DNA of 64,000 nt, taken from the NCBI GenBank assembly GCA_903928345.1, contig CAIYQO010000266.1:2029-66028 (forward strand), in the 5' to 3' direction. This document shows positions 48,101 through 57,200 of this stretch, piece by piece (the first letter of the stretch is position 1; each line of letters opens with the position of its first letter). The position numbers and the translations under genes are program-made. The DNA comes from an uncultured bacterium (GTDB lineage: Bacteria; Armatimonadota; Hebobacteria; CAIYQO01). Under the pieces are notes generated by a model. That model saw only the letters and a program-made list of their open reading frames with translations. It did no database searches and was not told the origin of the DNA.

Positions 48101-48279
48101 GCTACCAACCGACGGGCGAGCAATGGGCCGGGCAGGTCTTCAAACACCCGAAGACGGGCCGCGTCTACATCGTCGCCCAGCCCAACGCCCAACCGCTCCT
48201 GCTGCTCTACGAAGTGACGGGCACCGACAAGGTGCAGTACTTCACCGGCACCTGCCAACTGCCGGCGGGCGGGAAGTAA
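45163..48279 (+). CDS. giant secreted protein, type B paralog with N-terminal CBM9-like domain
   Basis: 1038 aa. ITVDGNLTDAEWGGD (CBM9-like). ALWDGKDDAGHAVPPGTYKLKG (FlgD-Ig-like). NHL-like repeats (LAFDAVGNLVVVDTGNLRIQVF). FQGFDKTGNPIYTWEK. Confidence 0.75.
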   Translation: MHITLRLFVLAGLCALALFPCRVWAEDDTAVMPIYPVAGPITVDGNLTDAEWGGDRLAWPIDIPEFGTVAVYWLRYDQHTLYGAFKVTDSSPAKNTRLMHDRWEGDQLEICLCTDPANHPQHSSFGDYDHQVFLGRDGEGAVNAYVNINDKLSGTLPVGSHVAITPWADGKGYNLEFSLPWASLNRPADFAPKTGLQIGWQVQVDLSTPDGERLAYTAKWWPHGIHFQHPNQWAWARFLAPGEERPAPPRPAAAIATSGSEVQFPTPTDGLVSVNITDDKGALVRRLVIGQHLNKGTNAALWDGKDDAGHAVPPGTYKLKGSVANLGVKYLTTLGNTSPEPYGGLRRSAGGEYRHGCWSDVITNPDGTFYVLNWGGEGPPALQQVDPKQHFRVIWGGTTTTSGNEFQEYGARDGNTLYFTHERRVGAAQRISTLSRMNAVTHKGERFTSGEWTVPLGEPRTGQWAPDADVCGLGAHGGKVYVPCRYENRVDVYDGTSGDKVGTITNPAFTGPMDIAFAADGTMFVVDKTSVYTYDTAQKCTGTITTGLTQGAAVTAEPTGGVYVTDAGTNQVKAFTLAGKPLKTIGPKGGAASTLAKYGIDGVGGKIHDDWFYHPAGLAFDAVGNLVVVDTGNLRIQVFNPAGKCVKSLLAAMYANLCIDPKHPETVFEFDAQGVMLAHHMNWQTGASRIDGEYTLNARASFVKFHHGTPYFFGGDCSVWTIDKGKARMRTALYRYAYPSYEQFAPVLENGKVVRKNYQQISGNKIPISLPWEFRDLNGDGLPQLSEYRCYTKEQARPWWGYNGGDFYVDDDWNMYLGNWNWQDGHSYVVKIPFQGFDKTGNPIYTWEKSEMKFSSANDPAWNSDNFKAPQMSGIHLGADGSVYLALNDRPGFEPLDNRLRKYNPDGTRAWSICHGTRGFWHKPGEELTWITDMGGPIDGLLVGIEETGSFEFFNPDGFYIGTALQPSDMTPDAYGTDVRYQPTGEQWAGQVFKHPKTGRVYIVAQPNAQPLLLLYEVTGTDKVQYFTGTCQLPAGGK

Positions 48280-48280
48280 A

Positions 48281-49399
48281 CTACTTTCCGCCCGGCACCT
48301 TCTCTCGCGGCACGAAGGTGAGCGACGCGGAATTCATGCAGTAGCGCAGGCCGGTGGGCTTGGGGCCGTCGTCGAAGACGTGGCCGAGGTGGGCGCCGCA
48401 GCGGCGGCAACGCAGCTCCGTGCGCGCCATGCCGAAGGTGGTGTCGGTGACCGTGCTGATATTCTCCGGCGCCACGGGAGCCCAGAAACTCGGCCAGCCG
48501 GTGCCGGAGTCGAACTTCGTCGCCGAGGTGAACAGGTCGGTGCCGCACCCCGCGCAGCGGTAGAGGCCCGTCGCGTGGTTGTCCCAGTATTTGTTATTGA
48601 AGGGCGGCTCGGTGCCGGCGTGGCGCGCGATATTGAAGGCATCGCCGACGAGGATGGTCTGCCACTCCGCCTCGCTGATCGTCACCGGTGGCAGCTCCTC
48701 ATACGTCCCCTTATCCACGTTGTACAGCTTCACCTTGGCGTCCGGGTGCGCGGGGTCGACGCCGGAGGTCGTTTCCACCGGCACCGTGCCGCACGAGCCG
48801 GGCGTGGTGCCGCAGGTGTTGGCCGGCGGCGTCGCGGGCCTGGCGGACGCGGCGCACACCCCGTGGGTGATGCCATGCTTGGTGTAGTAGTGCTGGTGGT
48901 AGCCCTCCGCCGGGTAGAAGGTGGGCGCAGGTTCCACGGCGGTGAGGGGTTTCTCGCCCTTCGCCTCCAGGCGCGCCAGCGCCGCCACCGCCTGCGCGTG
49001 CTGTGCCGGGGTGTGGAAGAAGATCACCGAGCGGTACTGCCGCTTCTCGTACGCCGTCGGGTCGTGCGCGGCAAAGAAGACCTCCAGCAGCGTGTCGTAG
49101 TTCGTTTTCGCCGGGTCGTAGGTCACCTCCACGCTCTCGGTATGCCCGGTGGTGCCCGAGCAGACCTGCTCGTAGCTGGGATTCTGTGTCGTCCCGCTCG
49201 CGTAGCCCACGCGCGTGGCCGTCACGCCGTCGAGGTGCTCGAAGGCGGACTCCACGCCCCAAAAACAACCGGCGCCAAATGTTGCTGTCTCCATAGTATC
49301 CTTCTTCCCCGCCGTCGGCCCCGTGCCGCATACGCGGGACACCAATAACGTCAGCCCCACCAGCCCGACCGCCACCAACAGCACGCGCATTGCACCCAT
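48281..49399 (-). CDS. msrAB: secreted bifunctional peptide-methionine sulfoxide reductase MsrA-MsrB fusion
   Basis: GAGCFWG (MsrA active site) and RCGAHLGHVFDDGP plus CxxC pairs (MsrB zinc ligands). N-terminal signal peptide. Confidence 0.85.
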   Translation of the reverse strand: MGAMRVLLVAVGLVGLTLLVSRVCGTGPTAGKKDTMETATFGAGCFWGVESAFEHLDGVTATRVGYASGTTQNPSYEQVCSGTTGHTESVEVTYDPAKTNYDTLLEVFFAAHDPTAYEKRQYRSVIFFHTPAQHAQAVAALARLEAKGEKPLTAVEPAPTFYPAEGYHQHYYTKHGITHGVCAASARPATPPANTCGTTPGSCGTVPVETTSGVDPAHPDAKVKLYNVDKGTYEELPPVTISEAEWQTILVGDAFNIARHAGTEPPFNNKYWDNHATGLYRCAGCGTDLFTSATKFDSGTGWPSFWAPVAPENISTVTDTTFGMARTELRCRRCGAHLGHVFDDGPKPTGLRYCMNSASLTFVPREKVPGGK

Positions 49400-49499
49400 C
49401 GCCTGGCCTCCCTCGGAAATGCGACATTTCCGATGAAGTTATTCCCCTTACCGCCTGCTTCAAACAGCGGAAGGAGGGGTGCGTCGCACCCCCAACCCC

Positions 49500-49660
49500 G
49501 TACGAAAACCGCAAAGACGCAGAGTACGCAAAGGGGACACGAAGGGAAACGGATTGGGCCAAGGTGGAATGTCATGGCCGAACACAAACATCTACGTGTG
49601 AAGTTGAAAAATCTCTTCGCGGTCTCCTTTGCGTCCTTTGCGTCTTTGCGGTTTTCGTAC
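49500..49660. repeat. MITE-like element with 35-nt near-perfect TIRs (GTACGAAAACCGCAAAGACGCAGAGTACGCAAAGG / CCTTTGCGTCCTTTGCGTCTTTGCGGTTTTCGTAC)
   Basis: Three mismatches in 35 nt. The 91-nt spacer is itself 59% AT. Confidence 0.5.
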
Positions 49661-49704
49661 AAGCGCAACAAAGGGCGGCCCGCCTGCCACACGGCGCGGT
49701 GCCG

Positions 49705-49713
49705 TGGTATAAT
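49705..49713 (+). promoter_or_regulatory. extended -10 promoter TGgTATAAT upstream of the HEAT-repeat gene
   Basis: TG at 49705-06 and TATAAT at 49708-13, about 25 nt before ATG 49738. Confidence 0.35.
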
Positions 49714-49737
49714 AAGGTTACCGAACGAGGTGCGGCC

Positions 49738-50988
49738 ATGGACCGGCGCGTTATGCTCTTACTCCTGCTCCTCGCCCTCCCGGCGGCCCTGCCCGCCGCC
49801 TCCCCCGCACGCCTGCGCGCGATGCTGGCGAGTTCCGACCCCCACGTGCGCCTGCAAGCCGTGACGGTGCTGACGCACCAACGCGTCCCCCATACGCGGT
49901 GGCGCTTGGCGAAATTACTGGGTGACGAAGACCCGGCCATCGAACGCGCGGCGTTGCATGCCTATGTATTTCAGGGGGGATCGCGGATTGCGGCGCTGAT
50001 GCAATTGATGGTCGATCATCCCTGCACGGATTACATTAAAGCCGCGCGACTACGCAGCGACGCGAAATGGGCACTGGCGCACCTGCGAAACCCGAAACTC
50101 ATCCCCGAGATGCTCGATCGCATTGGCCTTTGCTATCTTTCGAGCGGACCAGAGATGTATTTCAATGATGATGGCAGTAAGGATCTTCGCACCAGTATTG
50201 TCTCGATGGGCGCAACGGCAATCCCGGCATTATGCCGCGCGATGAAAGAGCCGGATCGCTTTAAGCGCTTTATCGGTGTGGATATTTACACGACGCTCGC
50301 CGGCCACGACCTTGGCGCCTTGCTGGCTATTTACAACGATACCAGCTTCGCTTTTGACGACGTTCGCGTGGCGTTGCTGACCGCCATCGATGCGACGCAC
50401 GACGCGCGAGGGGTCGATGTCGTCCTCATCGCGCTCGACGACCCGTCGGATGACGTGAAGACATTTGCCGCCCGTCTGGCCGCCCCCTGGTATGCCGGAC
50501 CTAACAAGGCTCGTTTACGCCGCTTTGCCGTAGAACACTCCGCGCTGGCCATCCCGATTCTGCGGCAAATGGCGGATGCCCATGATCCGGATGCGACCCG
50601 GTTGTTGGTTTCAGTGTTATGTCAGGATAATGAGTCGAGTGTAACTAATGCCGCGTATACCCTCCATGATATTTACGACAATCATGAAGAAAGCTTCCTG
50701 CAAATGGCTATCGATGCTGGTGCCCCCCAAATGCACCTGTTAAAGATATATCTAAATTTCTGGCACGGTCCGAATCCCGTTGTCCCGAGCCCGTTACCCG
50801 ATGATGACCTCCTCCCCATGTTCCGACAGCATCAAGTAGCTGCGCCGCCACGACCCGCGCCAGCCCCCGATGCTTTCGAGCAACAATACCACTGGCTGGC
50901 GCGCACCGACCGGCGGATGGATAGGGAGTATCACGCAGACACGCTGAACGAACGATTCATCCCCTATTTTCGTCCAATGAACTTCTGA
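49738..50988 (+). CDS. HEAT-repeat (PBS-lyase-like) secreted protein
   Basis: Start MDRRVMLLLLLLALPAALPAASP. Repeated DP.VR..A...L HEAT-like units. About 53% GC in the gene body. Confidence 0.55.
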   Translation: MDRRVMLLLLLLALPAALPAASPARLRAMLASSDPHVRLQAVTVLTHQRVPHTRWRLAKLLGDEDPAIERAALHAYVFQGGSRIAALMQLMVDHPCTDYIKAARLRSDAKWALAHLRNPKLIPEMLDRIGLCYLSSGPEMYFNDDGSKDLRTSIVSMGATAIPALCRAMKEPDRFKRFIGVDIYTTLAGHDLGALLAIYNDTSFAFDDVRVALLTAIDATHDARGVDVVLIALDDPSDDVKTFAARLAAPWYAGPNKARLRRFAVEHSALAIPILRQMADAHDPDATRLLVSVLCQDNESSVTNAAYTLHDIYDNHEESFLQMAIDAGAPQMHLLKIYLNFWHGPNPVVPSPLPDDDLLPMFRQHQVAAPPRPAPAPDAFEQQYHWLARTDRRMDREYHADTLNERFIPYFRPMNF

Positions 50989-51049
50989 CCAAACACCACC
51001 GGGCGCCCTCCCGGGCGCCCGGCGGTGTTTTGCGGAATAACGGCGTGCC

Positions 51050-52252
51050 TTACATCGTCGATGCCGAGCCTTTGATACTGGCCTGGGCGAGGCGGCGGAT
51101 CATCTGGCGCATTTCGGTGGGGTTGCCGGCGTAGGCGATGGCGCTATTTTCGCTGATGGAGCCGTCGCGGAAGTGGTTGAGCAGCGACATATTCATCGAC
51201 TGCATGCCCCAGTAGGCGCCCTCGGTGATGGCTTGCGGCACGTTGCCGGCGCGGCCCTCTTCGATGAGTTTGGCGATGGTGGGGGTGTTGATCATCACCT
51301 CGATGCCGCAGCGGCGCCCCTTGCCGTCCACCGTAGGCACCAACTTTTGCGAGCAGACGCCCAGCAGGGTGGCGGACAGGCGCAGACAGATCTGCGGCTT
51401 CTCGTGCGGCGGGAACATGTTGACGATGCGTTCGATGGTTTCCGCGGCGCTGTTGGTGTGCAGGGTGGAGTAGACCAGGTGGCCGGTTTCCGCCGCGGTC
51501 ATCGCCACGGCCATCGTTTCCACGTCGCGCATCTCACCGACGAGGATGACGTCCGGCGCTTGGCGGAGCACGGCGCGCAGGGCGTTGCCGAAGTTGAGGG
51601 TGTCCAGCCCGATCTCACGCTGGCTGATGATGGACAGTTTGTCGCGGTGGGCGAACTCGATCGGGTCCTCGATGGTGATGATGTTGGTGCGGCGGTTGGT
51701 GTTGATCAGGTCGATCATGGCCGCCAGGGTGGTGGACTTGCCGGAGCCCGTCGGGCCGGTGACGATGCACATGCCCTTCTTGTGCGTGACCAGCGAGGCC
51801 AGCACCTTGGGCAGCCCGAGTTCTTCCAGCGTGGGGATTTCCAACGGAATGAGGCGCATCACGCTCGCCATCCCGCCGCGCTGCTTGTAGATGTTGACGC
51901 GGAAGCGGATGACATCGGGGATTTCCAACGCGGTGTCGATCTCCGGGTTCTTTTTGAAGCGTTCGCGCTGCTCCTCGTTCATCACCGAGTAGAAGAAGAT
52001 CTCTTCCATCTGCTTCATGGTCAGCGGCTCGATGTCCAACTGCGCGATGCGGCCCGCGAGGCGGAGGCACGGCGGCGAACCGACCTTCCAAAAGATGTCC
52101 GACGCGCGCTCTTCCACCGCCTGCAGACAAATGGCGTCGAAAAACGCGCGGGGATTCGTGGCCAACAGGTCCTGCAGCTCGCCTTCGGAGAGCTTGGGAC
52201 TTACGACTTCGCGAATCTCGGTGAAGAGTTCGTTGAGACTACCTTCGATCAT
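51050..52252 (-). CDS. pilT: type IV pilus retraction ATPase PilT/PilU family
   Basis: Walker A GPTGSGKST, Asp box, His box (TLHTNSAAETIERI), AIRNLIRE-like motif. Confidence 0.85.
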   Translation of the reverse strand: MIEGSLNELFTEIREVVSPKLSEGELQDLLATNPRAFFDAICLQAVEERASDIFWKVGSPPCLRLAGRIAQLDIEPLTMKQMEEIFFYSVMNEEQRERFKKNPEIDTALEIPDVIRFRVNIYKQRGGMASVMRLIPLEIPTLEELGLPKVLASLVTHKKGMCIVTGPTGSGKSTTLAAMIDLINTNRRTNIITIEDPIEFAHRDKLSIISQREIGLDTLNFGNALRAVLRQAPDVILVGEMRDVETMAVAMTAAETGHLVYSTLHTNSAAETIERIVNMFPPHEKPQICLRLSATLLGVCSQKLVPTVDGKGRRCGIEVMINTPTIAKLIEEGRAGNVPQAITEGAYWGMQSMNMSLLNHFRDGSISENSAIAYAGNPTEMRQMIRRLAQASIKGSASTM

Positions 52253-53000
52253 GCTCGGCCCCTTGCTCCTCCCGCGCCCGTCGCGCCGGAAGGAAACGCA
52301 CCATGATGAATCCTACGCAGGCCCCGACGATACCCGCCAGCAGCACGCCCAGCAGCACCAGCCAGAGCGTACGGTGCCCGTTGGGCGGCGGCGGCGCGTC
52401 GGGCACGTCGGCTTGCAACGTGGAATTCCTAATAATAGCATGCACGCCATAAAATGCAACGGGTTGCGGCGCGTCGGCGGTTGTTTGATCGGGTTTATCG
52501 ACGGTGTATTCGACATCGGAACGCGTAAAGTGCTCGTAGCCGGTGTAGATGAAAGGCCCCTGGATGATGTAGGCGATCTCGATATGGTGCACGTAGGACG
52601 CCAGGGCTTCGACAAAGGGCCCGATGGGCAAGCGCCCCCCCCGATTCGACACCAGGGGCAACTGGCACCGCAGCCCGATTCCGTGGTCATGGACCACCTC
52701 GGGGTCGGGCGGGGCAAAGGTGACATCGGTAGGGGTGGTGTTGAGCTTGGCCGCGATGGCTTGCGCGATGGCCGCGAGCACCGTGGTGTCGGTGTTGTCC
52801 ACAATGCGCACCGTCACGTCGTCCAGGCGATTGGTGCTGAGGTCGGCAATCACGCCTACCTCTGCCGTGCCGCGCTCCCAGGCCGTCTGCGCGTGAGCGA
52901 GGGATAAACACGCGAGAGAGAGGAAGAGGAGGGCCAGGCCGCGCCATGCCGGGCGCCACCTCGACTGCGGAGTACCTGTGTCGTGCATCCCGGTGTTCAT
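52239..53000 (-). CDS. hypothetical protein with signal peptide and C-terminal TM anchor
   Basis: 253-aa ORF upstream of pilT. The 3' end overlaps pilT by 14 nt. Start uncertain. Confidence 0.4.
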   Translation of the reverse strand: MNTGMHDTGTPQSRWRPAWRGLALLFLSLACLSLAHAQTAWERGTAEVGVIADLSTNRLDDVTVRIVDNTDTTVLAAIAQAIAAKLNTTPTDVTFAPPDPEVVHDHGIGLRCQLPLVSNRGGRLPIGPFVEALASYVHHIEIAYIIQGPFIYTGYEHFTRSDVEYTVDKPDQTTADAPQPVAFYGVHAIIRNSTLQADVPDAPPPPNGHRTLWLVLLGVLLAGIVGACVGFIMVRFLPARRAREEQGAEHDRR

Positions 53001-53101
53001 GATGCGGAAACGCTCACCTCATACGGGGCGACAGAGGGGGAAAGGACCGACCGCTCGGGAAAAAAAATCCGTGCCGCCGACCGGCACGGATGGAAAACGG
53101 G

Positions 53102-53177
<76 letters not shown>

Positions 53178-53189
53178 ACGCACAGGATT

Positions 53190-53218
53190 ATGATACCTCA
53201 ACGCCGGCGGGGTGTCAA
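53190..53218 (-). promoter_or_regulatory. promoter TTGACA-17-TATCAT for tRNA-Ala
   Basis: Reverse complement of 53190-53218. Confidence 0.45.
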
Positions 53219-53243
53219 TAGCCGTTGTGAGGCACGTCGCGCC

Positions 53244-53272
53244 TTGACCCCACCCAGGCGCGCGGGTACAAT
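53244..53272 (+). promoter_or_regulatory. promoter TTGACC-17-TACAAT for tRNA-Arg
   Basis: -35 at 53244-49 and -10 at 53267-72. The tRNA starts at 53282. Confidence 0.5.
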
Positions 53273-53281
53273 ACGACAGGC

Positions 53282-53358
<77 letters not shown>

Positions 53359-53366
53359 ATCCGTAA

Positions 53367-53406
53367 CAATGCAAAATGAACAATGGAGAATGGAAAATGC
53401 AGAATG
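53367..53406. repeat. A-rich AATG-periodic repeat (AATGCAAAATGAACAATGGAGAATGGAAAATGCAGAATGG)
   Basis: Shares the 11-mer AATGGAAAATG with the 43565 element. Confidence 0.4.
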
Positions 53407-53443
53407 GTTTGACCGCTGACACGCTTTCGGAAAGGTAGTTCCC

Positions 53444-54169
53444 ATGACACTTGCGACTCGGTATGCCGCGGAGACGGCGCTGTTTATTGACGTGCTGCAA
53501 CGGCTGGCGCGCAACCGGTTCGTCACCTCGTCCGGCGGCAACGCCGCGTGGAAGGTGGCGGACGACGTGATCCTCATCACCCCCACGCAGTTGTACAAGG
53601 GGGACGTGACCGTGGATGACGTGGTCTTCCTCAACCCCGCCGGGGAGACGATGGAAGGCCGCCGCCGCCCCACCGGCGAGAAGCCGATGTACCTGAAATT
53701 CTTCGCCGACCGGCCGGACATCGTCTCCGTGATCCACTGCCACCCGCCCTGCGTGTGCGCCGCCGCGGTGCTGCGGGACCCGACCTTTCTGATGCGCCCG
53801 TACTTTCCGGAGACGAGCATCGAAGTCGGCCCGGTGCCGGTGGTGCCGTACGCGCAGCCGCTCACGCAGCGCCTCGCCGACAACTTCGCCCCCTACCTGC
53901 CCAAGTACAACAGCTTCATCATGGAGAACCACGGCCTGGTCACCATGTCCCGCGCGGATATCTACACCACCTACCAGCTCGTCGAGCTGCTGGAAGGCTC
54001 GGTGGACTCCCTGCTGCGCGCCATGGCCGTCGGCGCGCTCAAGGAGATCCCCCGCGAAGGCGTGCGCGAACTCAGCGACGTGATGGCCACCCGCAGCCTC
54101 CCCCTCTTCGGCGCCCCCGGCGCCAACGCGTCGCTGGAAGCGTTGTACTTTGAGACGGTGACGGCGTAG
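53444..54169 (+). CDS. class II aldolase/adducin-family protein
   Basis: VTSSGGNAAWKV.., VIHCHPP metal-ligand region, MENHGLV. Confidence 0.8.
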   Translation: MTLATRYAAETALFIDVLQRLARNRFVTSSGGNAAWKVADDVILITPTQLYKGDVTVDDVVFLNPAGETMEGRRRPTGEKPMYLKFFADRPDIVSVIHCHPPCVCAAAVLRDPTFLMRPYFPETSIEVGPVPVVPYAQPLTQRLADNFAPYLPKYNSFIMENHGLVTMSRADIYTTYQLVELLEGSVDSLLRAMAVGALKEIPREGVRELSDVMATRSLPLFGAPGANASLEALYFETVTA

Positions 54170-54256
54170 GGTTCCGGCGAATACACTGCGAAACTAAACG
54201 GCCTGTGCAGAGGATGTATTCTCCGCACAGGCCGTTTTTGTGCCTCGAACAACTCC

Positions 54257-57200
54257 CTACTCTACTGCCGCCGTCCCCCAGTTCGCCGGCTCCAGGCGGC
54301 TTTCGTTGGGTACGTCGTCCACCACGTTGGCGGAGAAGCTGTTGTTCATCCAGTAGGCGCGCAGGGCGGCCTGGGTGCCTTGCGCGTTCTTCGCGAAGAT
54401 GTACCCCGCGTCCATGCGCACGGCGCTACCGGGTTGTGGCGTCCAGCCGAGTAGCGCGAGGGGCACGGTGACGACGGCGGTGAACTCCTCCTGGCCCGCG
54501 CGGTACTCCAGCTTCACGTCGCTCGCCACGGTGATGGCGTCGAAGGCTTCCTGGCCGGTGGGCGATTTGAGCACGATCGGGTCGCCGGCGAAACCCTGCA
54601 CCTTCGGGCGGTAGAGCACCGCGAAGGGCTTGCCGTCTTGCCGGGTGACCACCAGCCGCACGTCGCCGACGGCCGGCGTTTTGCGCGTCGGGTCGGCGGC
54701 AGGATCGGCGGCGAATTGCAGGTCGATGGCGTTGCCGCCCTTGAAGAGCAATCGCGGGTCGGCGCTGCTGTTCGCCAGCGCGTAGGGGCTGCGCACGGTA
54801 TACTGCACGTACAGGTTCGTCGCGTCATAGGTGGCGCGCACGGTGAAGTCCCGCGTGGCGTCCACCACCTTGTGCACTTCCTTGGCGGCTTCCAGCCCGG
54901 CGCGCCCGCCGCGGCCGATCTCAAAGCGCGCGGTGCGGGTGAGTTGCGCGGCGTAGGCGGCCTGCGCCTGCACGCAGCGCTGCACATCGGCGTCCGTGTG
55001 GGTATACATGCCACCGGGGAGGCGCTGCACGGTGTCCAGCCCGCGGATCTCCGTCACGCGGCCATCCTGGTCGCCGGCGAGCAGGAAGTAGCGTTGCGAC
55101 CCCACGGGCTGCACCAGTTGGCCGACGAAGTTCTCACACGCCTCGATGTCCGCCCCCAGGCCGCCGCCCAGCCGCCCGTCGCGCATCACCATGCCCACGT
55201 AGAGCCCGTCGCGCGTGAAGAGGTGGAAGGGGCCGAAGTAGGTGGCGATGCCGGTGTAGTCGCCCGCCACGCCCAGCGGCATCGTCGGACCCCACAGCTT
55301 GCCCGCGGTGACCGGCGGCATGTTGATGGCGGCATGCCAGTCCACCGTGCCGGTGTAGCCCCACCGCAGCTTGCCGTCCGGCGACCAGCGCGCCAGGCCG
55401 GGGGTGGAGCCGGGCGAGGAGGTATACACCGTGCCGTCCCGCGGGTCCGTCCACAGCCCGCCGGTGTTGCTCACGGCGAGGGTCTCCGGCTTGGTGAAGT
55501 CGTAACGTGGGCGACCGTCGGGGTCGAAGCCCAGGCAGCGGTAGACGCGCCCGTTCGCCCACAGGTCCAGGTTGGCGTCCATCCACTGCGGCGGGTAGAA
55601 GTTCCACGCCGCCTTGCGGTCGTCGCCGATCATCGTCATTTCGCTGTCCTGCATGATCCCGTCGCGGTTGGTATCCGACCAGATGTAGGTGCCGTTCGGA
55701 TACTTCTTGATATCGTTCATGAACGGGTACGCGGGCCACGGGGTGAGGGAGTGCCCGTTGGTGCTGCGCAGGTAGAACAGATACGGCTTGAAAACGTCCT
55801 TGTCGCGCATGAAGAGGACGGTCCCCTTGGCGTGCAGGCTGCCCCAGGCGTACTGGCGTCCGTTCTTCGCGGTGATGACGTGCAGATCGTGCGGCACGGC
55901 AGGCGAGTTCGGGTCGCTGGATCGCCAGCAGGTGCTCACCGGACTCCACGTGCCTTTGTCCAGGTCGATCTTCCACTCCGTGCCGTGACAGTAGACGGTG
56001 TCGGCGTGCTGGGGGTCCATCCACACGAAGGTGGAGTAGTTGCTGCCGCCGAAGAAGTCGCGTACGATGGCGCCCTTCCGGGTGTCCCACACGCTCACGC
56101 GGCGCGGTTCGTCGAGGTTTTCCGCCACCCACAACCGGTGCTGCGCGTCCACCGCGATGCCGCCGGGCTCCAGCATCCCCGTGCCGCTGAAGGTACCCAG
56201 CCGCGGGCGCCCGCCCTTGGTGCCGATGCTGCGCCGATATTTGCCGACGGCGGTGAAGACGCTCACGTTCTGCAATTTCCCGCGGTTGGCCACGTAGATG
56301 GCGCCCGCGGCGTCCACGGCGAGGCTCACCGGCGCGTCGAGGTGCGTCGTGACGCACGGCGTCGCCTTGCCGTCCCGCAGCGCGAGTACCGCGCCGCCGC
56401 TGATCACCAGCAGGCGGCCATCGGGATGCACCGCCAGCCGCCCCGGCGCGGGCACGGGCCAAGTGGCTTTCAGGTCGCCGCTCACGGCGTCGTAGGCCGC
56501 CACCAGGTTGCGCGCCCCCCAGGCGACGTACACCGTGCCCGCGGCGTAGGCCAGGCCGGTGGCGACGTTCGTCTTCGCGTCGCCGCCGTCCGGCGCGGCG
56601 AGGGCGGGCTTGCCGTTGCCCCAGTTGAGCGGGCGCGCGTCGGCCATGTCGAAGACCTTCACCGAGTGCTCGCCTTCGCTGCCGTTGTCGCCGCGCACGA
56701 AGAAGCGCGGGCCGTCGCAGGCCAGATCCTCCGCGTTGTGCTTGCTGCCCCACTTCTTTTTGCCGTTCGCATCGACGCGGATGATCCCCCAGCCGCTCTC
56801 GCAGTAGGTCCAACCGAGTAGCAGATCGTTCCCCGCGGCGGCGGCGCATTCCGGCACGCCGTGGTCGCCGCCCCAGCCGCCGGTGTTGTCGTCCGTCTTA
56901 TACGGCGGATTACCCGAGTTGTGCACGGAGAGCTTGAATTTGGTCGTCAGTGGTTGGTGGATGAGCCCCTTCCACGTGTATGAGCCCGCGGGGACCGGCT
57001 TGCCGGCGTCGTCCAGGCCGTCCCACGCTACCGTGTCGTGCCCGGCCTTACGCGGGGCGGAAGCTACCAGCGTGCGCACCGCCATGCCCGCGTCGCTCCA
57101 CAACTGCACCGTCACCTCGCCGTCGGCGGGCACGTCGTAGCCGAAGGTCAGCGGCGTGGGCGGCACGGGGGGCGTGGCGTCCTCCACCATCTCGTGCGGC

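Noticed and set aside
49351-49864. ORFs 49351-49692(-) and 49433-49864(+).
   Set aside because: They span the 35-nt-TIR repeat element and the promoter region, and have no RBS or motif.
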